From the NCBI GenBank assembly GCA_965203445.1, contig OZ241883.1:1088001-1152000 (forward strand): a stretch of 64,000 nt of DNA, given 5' to 3'. The position numbers and the translations under genes are program-made. Source of the stretch: Candidatus Oxydemutator sp. (GTDB lineage Bacteria; Pseudomonadota; Gammaproteobacteria; Poriferisulfidales; Oxydemutatoraceae). Below are positions 39,304-47,403 of the stretch, piece by piece (position 1 is the first letter of the stretch; each line of letters opens with the position of its first letter). The notes below the pieces were generated by a model. It saw only the letters and a program-made list of their open reading frames with translations. It did not search any database and was not told the DNA's origin.

Positions 39304-41376
39304 ATGCCGACGCCGCTGCCGCGGCGGTTCCGGCGCCGCCTCGCCGCGATCGTGTGGCCGGCGCTCGCGCTGTGGTGGCAGCCGCTGGTGGTCGAGGCGG
39401 CGACGCTGAACTTCCGCGACGTCGACATCCGCCAGATCATCGAGAGCGTGTCCGAGCTGACCGGGCGCAACTTTCTGATTGACCAGCGCGTCAAGGGCAA
39501 GGTCACCATCGTCGCCGCCTCCGAGGTGCCCGACGACGCGGTCTATGACGTCCTGCTGACGGTGCTGGCGATGCACGGCTTTCGCACGGTGGACGCGGGC
39601 AACGGTCTGACCCGCGTGGTGCCGGCCAACGCCGCCGCGCGCTTCTCGCCGCTCGACCTGCCCGAGGGCCTGACCACCGAGATCATCAAGATCAACCATT
39701 TGAACGCCGCCGGTGTCGTGCCGATGGTGCGCCCGCTGATGACCGGCGAGGCGCAGGTTACCGTGCACAAGGAGACCAACAGCATCATCGTAACCGAACT
39801 TCAGGCCAACCTGACCCGCATCAAGGACATCATCGAGGTGCTAGACCGCAAGACTCTCGGCGAATATGAAATCATCGAGCTGAAGAGAACCAAGGCCAAC
39901 GATCTCGTCAACCTGGTGCAGCGCGCGCGCAGCCAGCAGACCAAGCACTTGGCCGAGGTCATCGCCGACCCCCGCACCAACCGCGTGATCCTGGTGGGTG
40001 CGCCCGAACTGCGCCTGCCGCTGCGCGCGATGATCGCCGAGCTCGACACGCTGCCGGACACCGAGGACGCCGGTCGCGGCGTGGTACGCGTGCTCCACCT
40101 GAACTACGCCGACGCCGAGGAGATGAAGGAAATCCTCAAAGGTCTGCTGACCAAGCAGTTTCTCGACCTGGCGCAGGAGGGCGCCGACGTCAGCGATAGC
40201 GGCGACCAGAAGGAGGACGACAAAAAAGACGACAAGAAAGAAGACAAGAAAGACGACGACAAAAAGGAAGAAGACAAGAAAGACGACAAGGACGACGACA
40301 AACGCTACACGGTGCAGGCCGACCCGGCCACCAACGTGCTGATCATCAGCGGCCCGTCGAACATCGTGCAGGCGATAGAAAGCGTCGTCAAGGAACTCGA
40401 CGTGCCGCGCCCGCAGGTGTTCATCGAGGCGATTATTGCCGAGATCACGCTGAATAAGACGGCAGATGTACAGACGCGGTTGAGTGGCGGCAAAGATGGA
40501 GAACCATTCCCGGGCAGCTCGGCGATTACCTCTCTGGAGGGACTTTTCACCGCGTTTGATTTCACGCGGGCGTCACCGGCAGCAGGCACTTTTCTGGGAG
40601 GAAAGATAGACAATGTAACCATTGGCCTGTTCGTACAAGCCCTCCGAACCGATGAGAATACTAATATTCTCTCGACTCCATCGGTGATGACGTTGAACAA
40701 TGAGCGGGCAGTGATTACGATTGGTACTCAGAGGACTTTCGACACAGGCGCAGTTCTTATCGCCGGACAAGGTGGTAGCGGCGCAGACAGGCTGGAAAGA
40801 CGAGACGTGGATACGGTACTCGAAGTTACGCCACAGATCACAAAGGGGGACGTGGTGCGCCTTGAGATCAAGCAGTCGGTCAATCGGGTTCAGGCAGGTC
40901 AGGAGAACAGCCAAACCCCCAATACGTTCAAGCGCGAAATCGAGACTGACGTTGTCGTCAACGACAAGGAAGTCGTGATTCTTGGTGGCCTTCTCGAGGA
41001 GCGGCGTACCGATGAGAGAGACAGAGTGCCTCTGTTGAGCGATATTCCGGTGATCGGCTGGCTTTTCAAGGGTCGTTCGAGCGACCGCGACAAGACCAAC
41101 CTGATGGTGTTTATCCGCCCGACGATCTTCCGCGAGCCGGACGCGGCCAACGAGGAAGCCGTGAACCGCTACGTGCAGCTGCGCCTCGATCAGCTCGAGA
41201 ACCTGGAAACGGTGGACAGCCTGCTGGCCGAAGAGGAAAGAACGATGCTGCTGCCGACGCTGAACAAAGAGCGCGAACTCAGACGCGACGCCAAGCGCAA
41301 GGCCAAGCGCGACCAACGCCGCAAACCCCGCAAAAAACGCAAACCCCGCCGCCCCTCCGGCAACAACCCGTCGTAA
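39304..41376 (+). CDS. gspD: T2SS secretin D
   Basis: LNFRDVDI, IDQRVKGKVT, LDVPRPQVFIEAIIAE, NILSTPS, VPLLSDIPVIGWLF, NLMVFIRPTI. Confidence 0.95.
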   Translation: MPTPLPRRFRRRLAAIVWPALALWWQPLVVEAATLNFRDVDIRQIIESVSELTGRNFLIDQRVKGKVTIVAASEVPDDAVYDVLLTVLAMHGFRTVDAGNGLTRVVPANAAARFSPLDLPEGLTTEIIKINHLNAAGVVPMVRPLMTGEAQVTVHKETNSIIVTELQANLTRIKDIIEVLDRKTLGEYEIIELKRTKANDLVNLVQRARSQQTKHLAEVIADPRTNRVILVGAPELRLPLRAMIAELDTLPDTEDAGRGVVRVLHLNYADAEEMKEILKGLLTKQFLDLAQEGADVSDSGDQKEDDKKDDKKEDKKDDDKKEEDKKDDKDDDKRYTVQADPATNVLIISGPSNIVQAIESVVKELDVPRPQVFIEAIIAEITLNKTADVQTRLSGGKDGEPFPGSSAITSLEGLFTAFDFTRASPAAGTFLGGKIDNVTIGLFVQALRTDENTNILSTPSVMTLNNERAVITIGTQRTFDTGAVLIAGQGGSGADRLERRDVDTVLEVTPQITKGDVVRLEIKQSVNRVQAGQENSQTPNTFKREIETDVVVNDKEVVILGGLLEERRTDERDRVPLLSDIPVIGWLFKGRSSDRDKTNLMVFIRPTIFREPDAANEEAVNRYVQLRLDQLENLETVDSLLAEEERTMLLPTLNKERELRRDAKRKAKRDQRRKPRKKRKPRRPSGNNPS

Positions 41377-41377
41377 T

Positions 41378-41510
41378 TCTCCCTCCCCCTCAGGGAGAAG
41401 TTGTTCGCAGGCCCGTAATGTAACCCTCTCCCCCTATAGGAGAGGGCGGGCGGATTCCATGAGGGCCGATAGCAGAGGCTTTTGGCTTACCCTCTCCTAT
41501 GAAGGAGAAG
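41378..41510. repeat. Cluster of three degenerate REP-like CCCTCTCCC/GGAGAGGG palindromes
   Basis: ccctccccctcagggag; ccctctcccctataggagaggg; ccctctcctatgaaggag. Confidence 0.55.
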
Positions 41511-41617
41511 TTTCAGGCCAACCTTAGCGGCGTGGCACACATCTGGCGCGAGGCTGATTGCCGACATGGAGAACTGCTGCCGGACATGCCGGGGCATGTT
41601 ATAATCCGTCCTTAATC

Positions 41618-41848
41618 ATGAGCACCATAGCCCTTTATCAACTGCTCAAGCGCATTCCCGACGTCACCGAAAATGAGGTGTAGGCGGCGGTGGACTCGAT
41701 TCCCCAAGTCGAGGAAGTGGCCACCAAAGCAGATTTGCACCGCCTTGAGATCAAGCTGGTCAATCTTGAGACCAGGCTGACCAGATTGATATTCAGTTCC
41801 GCTGCCGTCGTTATTGTCGCGGTCAGCGCAATAGTGAAGCTCACCTGA
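41618..41848 (+). pseudogene. DUF1640/CCDC90-like small coiled-coil protein with C-terminal TM and an internal amber stop
   Basis: MSTIALYQLLKRIPDVTENEV*AAVDSIPQVEEVATKADLHRLEIKLVNLETRLTRLIFSSAAVVIVAVSAIVKLT; TAG at 41681; TGTTATAAT upstream. Confidence 0.7.
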
Positions 41849-42019
41849 TATGCGCCGCCAGTGGTGCCCGGCGCCAGCCTATAGCTAGGCGAGGATTATG
41901 TAACCAACAAAAGAGGTTAACGACATGAAAGAATAGAGGATAATACGTGATCCGGACACATGGGTACCACCCAAACTGAAGAGGTACCCGAATGTAACAA
42001 GAACACATTTAGGGCGACA

Positions 42020-42255
42020 AGGAAGCCGTGAACCGCTACGTGCAGCTGCGCCTCGATCAACTCGAGAACCTGGAAACGGTCGACAGCCTGCTGGCCGAAG
42101 AGGAAAGAACGATGCTGCCGACGTTGAACAAAGAACGCGAACTCAAACGCGACGCCAAACACGGCGCCAAACGCAAGGCCAAGCGCGACCAACGCCGCAA
42201 ACCCCGCAAAAAACGCAAGTCCAGAACCCGTCGCTCCGACGGAAGCTCGTCGTAA
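42020..42255 (+). pseudogene. Second, diverged copy of the gspD 3' end
   Basis: Near-identical to 41153-41376 (EAVNRYVQLRLDQLENLETVDSLLAEEERTM...), mostly synonymous changes plus two in-frame indels. Confidence 0.9.
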
Positions 42256-42609
42256 AAATCGGCGGCTTGTCGCGTGGCCACCCGCGTCGCCGTCGCTTGC
42301 GCCGCTCCTTTTTTCTGCGCCCCCACCGCGCCACAAGCCGTCTTCCCGATACCGTCAGGTGCTCTCCCGCCACCGGGGATGGGGCGCGTCGTCAGCGATT
42401 TTACCGTTCGTCGGATAAATGGTGCCTTTTGTTCCGTTTGTGATTATGCTGCCTGAATGACCGCGGCAGAGTAGCCCTTTTCAACCTGAAAGAGGCTGCC
42501 ATGCAAAACATCATGACAAAACAGACCGACAACCCGCAAGCGAAACAACCGGACGCGCTACCGGTGAACTGGAACGCCCCGGTCACCCGCGGCCAGTTTG
42601 AAACGACCA

Positions 42610-43025
42610 TGGTCGCGATGCGCGCCGATCTGGAAAGCCAGATAGCGGGCCTTCGTTCCGATCTGGAAAGCCAGATAGCGGGCCTTCGTTCCGACCTGGA
42701 AGGACAGATAGCAGGTCTGCGGAGCGATATGGTGGCGATGCGCGCCGACCTGGAAGGACAGACAGCAGGCCTGCGGAGCGACATGGTGGCGATGCGCGCC
42801 GATCTGGCAGGGCAGATAGCAAGCCTTCGTTCCGATCTGGAAAGCCAGGTAGCGAGCTTTCGTTCCGACCTGGAAAGCCAGATAGCGAGCTTTCGTTCCG
42901 ACCTGGAAGGACAGATAGTGAGTCTGCGCGCCGATCTGGCAGGGCAGACAGCGGGCCTTCGTTCCGATCTGGAAGGCCAGATAGCGAGGCTTCGTGCCGA
43001 CATGATGGAGATGCGCGCCGATATT
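42610..43025 (+). repeat. 33-bp (11-aa, RSDLE[S/G]QIA[G/S]L) tandem repeats interspersed with 21-bp (RSDMVAM) units
   Basis: Repeated cgttccgatctggaaagccagatagcgggcctt variants. Confidence 0.9.
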
Positions 43026-43170
43026 GACCGGCGCATCACCGGAGTCGAACTGCGGCTCGACCGCAGAATATCCGATCTCGAATCGCGGATGATCCGCTGG
43101 CAGATCATAACGGGAATTACATACTTTAATCCGTGAAGGATAGTGAAGTAGCTGATTTTATGTAAGATTT

Positions 43171-43179
43171 TGTTATAAT
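43171..43179 (+). promoter_or_regulatory. Extended -10 promoter for tnpB
   Basis: TGTTATAAT 8 nt upstream of ATG 43188. Confidence 0.65.
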
Positions 43180-43187
43180 GTTTGAGA

Positions 43188-44468
43188 ATGAAGGTTCATA
43201 GAACAATTCGATACAGGCTGCATGCCGGCACGCATGCCAAAGCCCGCAAGTTGGCGGGTTTGGCGGGTGCGTGCAGGTTTGTGTGGAACCATTTTGTAGG
43301 AAAGTTACGGGATGAGTATATAGCATATGGAAGATGCAGGCCTTGGTATTTTACATTGGGCAAGCAGTTCACTCTGTTGCGACGTTATTGTGAACCCTGG
43401 TTGCAGGAATACTCGGCCAACATAGTAAAGAGTTCTTTGAAGCCCATAGAAACTGCGTACAAGAAGTTCTATGACAAGAAAGGAGGACTCCCTAGGTTTC
43501 ATGCAAGATATGTACATCATGAGAGTTTCCCTTTGGTATCTGGTTTGTTTCGTATAAGGGGTCGCCATTTGCATATAGCCAAGATAGGCGAGGTGCTGTT
43601 GCTTGGCCATAATCCGTATCCCGATGCAAAGCCCGTGTCGGGCACAGTCAAAAGGGAATGCGGGAATTGGTATGCATACATAGTGTATAAAGTGGAACAG
43701 AAAGAAGTTAAACGTGAATATAATTCAGTAGGCATAGACAGAAATGTAGGTCAAATAACATGCTCGGATGGGATAGTTTATCGAATGCCTGATACTACTC
43801 GATTAGAGGCGCGTCGTCGTCGTTATCAGCGGATGATGGCGAGGCGGAAGTGCGGTAGCAGGAAGCACAAGGTAAAACCCTCTAATCGCTATCTGCGTGC
43901 CAAGCATTCCCATGCCATAACGTGCAGGAAGATAAAGCAAAAGAGGAACAACTGGTGTCATCATGTAAGCAGTGAGATAGCAGAGAATTATTCTGTAGTG
44001 CATTTGGAGGATTTGAATACGAGGGGCATGACGAGGGGTGCCAAGGGCACGGCTACTGCCCCTGGCAGGAATGTGAAGGCCAAGTCGAGCCTGAACAAAG
44101 GAATACTACGTACGAACTGGTATAAATTAGAGCAGTATTTGGGTTACAAAACCCAAGTAAATTATGTATCTGCAAAGAACACGAGTCGTGCTTGCAACAA
44201 GTGCGGATGTATAAACGAGAAGAACAGAGTATCGCAATCAATGTTTGTTTGTGTTGATTGCGGCCATCGAGACAATGCGGACTGGAACGCCGCCAAGAAT
44301 GGCAAAGTTCTGGGCGATGCTACACTGAATTACAAGGCCTCCGGGAATGGGGCTACTGGACGCGGAGGTGGCGGTAAGACCTTGAAGGAATTATTAACCG
44401 ACAAGGCACGGCCTGTGAAGCGTCAAATGGATACTTCAATCTCAGAGAATAATGTTCTCACGGATTAA
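43188..44468 (+). CDS. tnpB: TnpB RNA-guided endonuclease
   Basis: IRYRL...GACRFVWN, GLPRF, RuvC-I VGIDRNV, RuvC-II HLEDL, zinc finger CNKCG/CVDCG, RuvC-III NADWNAAKN. Confidence 0.95.
   Translation: MKVHRTIRYRLHAGTHAKARKLAGLAGACRFVWNHFVGKLRDEYIAYGRCRPWYFTLGKQFTLLRRYCEPWLQEYSANIVKSSLKPIETAYKKFYDKKGGLPRFHARYVHHESFPLVSGLFRIRGRHLHIAKIGEVLLLGHNPYPDAKPVSGTVKRECGNWYAYIVYKVEQKEVKREYNSVGIDRNVGQITCSDGIVYRMPDTTRLEARRRRYQRMMARRKCGSRKHKVKPSNRYLRAKHSHAITCRKIKQKRNNWCHHVSSEIAENYSVVHLEDLNTRGMTRGAKGTATAPGRNVKAKSSLNKGILRTNWYKLEQYLGYKTQVNYVSAKNTSRACNKCGCINEKNRVSQSMFVCVDCGHRDNADWNAAKNGKVLGDATLNYKASGNGATGRGGGGKTLKELLTDKARPVKRQMDTSISENNVLTD
44330..44446 (+). ncRNA. Putative omegaRNA scaffold overlapping the tnpB 3' end, with candidate guide from 44427
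   Basis: Position matches known TnpB omegaRNAs; GACGC/GCGTC and CCTTG/CAAGG pairings; ends ...GAAGCGTCAA. Boundaries inferred. Confidence 0.55.
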
Positions 44469-44780
44469 AGTATATAATTCCCATTATAACGATGGTTACC
44501 CTGACTGGCGTTATCATCGCGGCAGCCGGGTATCTTTCAAGCATTCCGTCCTGAAGGAGAGCACGATGCAGTCACAAAATCCCGATGGCGGGTTTTTCTT
44601 GTTGCGGCTTTGCAGAACAGGAGTGTACGAACGCCTCCTTCGCTCCCTTTCCCGCCGGGAGGGGGGTTATGCGCTGCGCTCTGGTTTGGCACGGGCCGCG
44701 CGGGCCGCGTGGGAGTGTACGGGCGCCGGGGTGCTACAATACCGTGTCGAACCAATTCCGCCGTTGATTTGCACCTCCCC

Positions 44781-46616
44781 ATGTACCAGTCCTACTTCAA
44801 CTTCTCGGAAGACCCGTTCACGATTTCGCCGAATCCTCGGTTTCTGTATTTGAGCGAGCGCCACCGCGAGGCGCTTGCGCATTTGCAGTACGGCGTGCGC
44901 GAGAACAGCGGCTTTATTCTGCTCACCGGCGAGGTCGGCACCGGCAAGACCACCGTGTGGCGCTGTCTTGCCAGCCGGCTGCCGGACGACGTTCATCTGG
45001 CCGTCGTGTTGAACCCGCGCCTGAGCGAGAGCGAGCTGGTCGAGTCCATCTGCGACGAGTTCGGCGTCGCCTGCGAACCGGCGGGCCGTGGCCTCAAGCG
45101 CCTGGTGGACGCGCTCAACCGCCACCTGCTCGCGCTGCACGAGCGTGGCGAGCGCGCGGTGCTGATCGTCGAGGAGGCGCAAAACCTAGACGCGACGCTG
45201 CTCGAACAACTGCGCCTGCTGACCAACCTGGAGACCGACGAAAGCAAACTGTTGCAGATCATCCTGGTGGGCCAGCCCGAGCTGCTGGACAAGATAGACG
45301 GCCCGCAACTGCGCCAGCTGCGCCAGCGCGTCACCGCGCGCTATCACCTGACGTCGCTGGACGCGGACGAAGTGCGCGCCTACGTCGCCCACCGCCTGGA
45401 GATGGTCGGCGGCGGCCTCGGCCTGTTCACCGAGCAGGCGTTGTTGCGCCTGACCCGCGTAAGCGCCGGCATTCCGCGCCTGATCAACCTGATTTGCTCG
45501 CGCGCGCTGCTTGGCTGTTTTTCCGAGGACAAGAGGCAGGTGGACTTGCGCGTCATCGAGCAGGCGGCGCACGAAGTGTTGGGAGAGAAGCCGGAGCAGG
45601 CGGCGTTCGCGTCGCCGCTCTCATCGCCGGCGCCGTTCGGCGTGACGCCGCGCCGGGGACTCGCCGTCGCCGCCGGTCTCGCGTTGCTGGCCGCCGGCAT
45701 CTGGTTGTACGGCGGTTCGTTGTCGGCACCCGATGATCCGCCGCTGCTGGTGCAAGGCGACGGGCCGAAGGCTGCGTCGGAAGTCGCACGGGCGGCCGAG
45801 GAGAAGAGTGTCGGCTTGGTGGCTGCGGCGCCTCCCGTATCGCAAGTGCCCCAATCACCGCCGGTCGCGCATACCCTCTGGGTACAGCGCCCGGGTTCGA
45901 TTACGGCGCCCGCCGCCGGTTCGCTTGCCGCCCCCGCCGCGCCGCCGCGCGCCGAACCCGCCGCCGACTGGCGCGATGGGGTTGCCGCAAAGACGCCCGG
46001 CGAAGCGCCGGACAGCGGCCCGTATCGCGCGTTGTTCGCGTTGTGGGGCGTCGAGCTGCCGCGCGAACTGACCGAATCGCCGTGCGAATACGCGCTGCGC
46101 CACGGGCTGGATTGCTGGCATCGTCGCGGCTCTTTCGACAGCGTCGAGCGCGTCAACCGCCCGGCGTTGCTGAAGATGGTCGCAAGGCGCGGCGGGCAGC
46201 CTTTCTACGCGGTGTTGAACGGCGTCACCGCCGACGGCTTGCTGCAAATGAACGTGGCCGGCGCCGCCATAGCCGTCGCGCGACGGGAATTGGAAGAGGT
46301 GTGGACCGGCGAATACACTTTGTTGTGGCGCCGCCCGTCCGGCTATATAGATACCATCTACCCGGGCGACAAGAACGACACGGTGCGCTGGGTCGCGCGA
46401 CAGCTCGCGGGGCTGATGAACAACCCGCCGCTGGCGCGACATTCTTCGGTGTATTCTCCGGCCCTCGAAAACCACGTGCGCGGTTTTCAGCACCACTGCG
46501 GGCTTTTTGTCGACGGCCTGGTCGGCAAGGAGACGCTGATCCGGCTGAGCGCGCTGGTGCGCAAGGAACCACTTTTGCGCGACGACGCGCCGTCGTGCCG
46601 CTCGCGCCTGGGATAG
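44781..46616 (+). CDS. gspA: ExeA/GspA AAA ATPase with peptidoglycan-binding C-terminus
   Basis: FTISPNPRFLYLSERHREAL, GEVGTGKTT, EEAQNL, LRLLTNLE, VRGFQ...DGLVG. Confidence 0.93.
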   Translation: MYQSYFNFSEDPFTISPNPRFLYLSERHREALAHLQYGVRENSGFILLTGEVGTGKTTVWRCLASRLPDDVHLAVVLNPRLSESELVESICDEFGVACEPAGRGLKRLVDALNRHLLALHERGERAVLIVEEAQNLDATLLEQLRLLTNLETDESKLLQIILVGQPELLDKIDGPQLRQLRQRVTARYHLTSLDADEVRAYVAHRLEMVGGGLGLFTEQALLRLTRVSAGIPRLINLICSRALLGCFSEDKRQVDLRVIEQAAHEVLGEKPEQAAFASPLSSPAPFGVTPRRGLAVAAGLALLAAGIWLYGGSLSAPDDPPLLVQGDGPKAASEVARAAEEKSVGLVAAAPPVSQVPQSPPVAHTLWVQRPGSITAPAAGSLAAPAAPPRAEPAADWRDGVAAKTPGEAPDSGPYRALFALWGVELPRELTESPCEYALRHGLDCWHRRGSFDSVERVNRPALLKMVARRGGQPFYAVLNGVTADGLLQMNVAGAAIAVARRELEEVWTGEYTLLWRRPSGYIDTIYPGDKNDTVRWVARQLAGLMNNPPLARHSSVYSPALENHVRGFQHHCGLFVDGLVGKETLIRLSALVRKEPLLRDDAPSCRSRLG

Positions 46617-46626
46617 GAGGGCCGTC

Positions 46627-47403
46627 GTGTCGTACATACTCTCCGCGTTGAAGAAGGTCGAACGCAAGCGCCAGGTCGGACAACCGCCGGACTTGCTGGC
46701 GATGCACGTCGAACCGGGCGCGGCTTCCGGCTATCGGGACAACCCGGCTTCCGGCGTACTCAAAGTGCTCGTGGTGACCGGGATCATCGCCGCCGCCGTC
46801 GCCTGGTCTTTGTCGCCGTCCGGCGCGCGCACGATGGACTGGCTTGGTCAGCGTTGGAGCGCGCTTACGCTGCCGCGACTTGCGATCTCGTCCGGCGATG
46901 CGCCGCCCGCTGACGCTGCCGTCGTCGACAAGCCGGCCTATAGAACCGTCACCGTGCGCGAGTTCACCCCGTCGCCCGGCGTCGCGCCGAGGCGTGGTGC
47001 CGTCGCCGACCACTCCGCTGCGGCGCCCGCCGTCGTCGCGCCCGCGCCACAGGCGCGGCCTGCATACGCCGCGCCCGTGCAAGTTGCGCCTGCGCCGTTC
47101 GACGCATTCGCGCCCGCTGCACCGCCGGCGTTCGACGTGGCCTTGCTGCCCGCTGCCGAGGTGGTTGATTTCGAGCACCTGCCCGCGCCCGTGCGCGCCC
47201 GGCTTCCGGTGCTGTCGGTAACCGGGCATCTCTACTCCAGCGCGCGCCCGCAGGCGAACAAGATTTTCATCAACGGCGCGGCGTTGCGCGAGGGCCAGTT
47301 TGTCAACGAAGAGCTGATGGTGCGCGAGATCACCGCCGCCGGCGCCGTCATGGAGTTTCACGGCGTGCGTTTTCGTCTCGGGAAGTCGAGGATATTCCGC
47401 TGA
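46627..47403 (+). CDS. gspB: ExeB/GspB
   Basis: MSYILSALKKVERKR, TM helix, Pro/Ala linker, HLYSS...IFING...EG. Confidence 0.88.
   Translation: MSYILSALKKVERKRQVGQPPDLLAMHVEPGAASGYRDNPASGVLKVLVVTGIIAAAVAWSLSPSGARTMDWLGQRWSALTLPRLAISSGDAPPADAAVVDKPAYRTVTVREFTPSPGVAPRRGAVADHSAAAPAVVAPAPQARPAYAAPVQVAPAPFDAFAPAAPPAFDVALLPAAEVVDFEHLPAPVRARLPVLSVTGHLYSSARPQANKIFINGAALREGQFVNEELMVREITAAGAVMEFHGVRFRLGKSRIFR

Larger units (their letters stand above)
43112..44482 (+). mobile_element. Non-autonomous TIR element (IS1595-like ends) carrying tnpB
   Basis: Left GGGAATTACATACTTTAATCCGTGA (43112-43136); right TCACGGATTAAAGTATATAATTCCC (44458-44482); 24/25 inverted match; flanked by ATCATAAC (43104-43111) and ATTATAAC (44483-44490); low GC. 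Confidence 0.88.
42501..44554 (+). pseudogene. CCDC90/DUF1640-like hendecad coiled-coil protein with C-terminal TM anchor, interrupted by the tnpB element
   Basis: Joining 43111 to 44491 restores ...MIRWQIITMVTLTGVIIAAAGYLSSIPS* (TGA 44552-44554). Confidence 0.85.

Noticed and set aside
41681-41683. Amber readthrough or genetic-code reassignment
   Set aside because: TAG terminates several clear genes here (gspA, gspE, gspG, gspM), so a nonsense mutation is simpler.
41153-42255. gspD tail and its downstream copy as a DGR variable/template repeat pair
   Set aside because: Differences include non-adenine changes and indels, most are synonymous, and there is no reverse transcriptase in the window.
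42610-43025. 33-bp repeats next to tnpB as a CRISPR array
   Set aside because: The repeats are contiguous, in-frame and coding, with no unique spacers.
43137-43160. Candidate TnpB guide targeting the element's own promoter region
   Set aside because: Only a 7-nt match (TACTTCA on the reverse strand) or scattered identity, which is compatible with chance.
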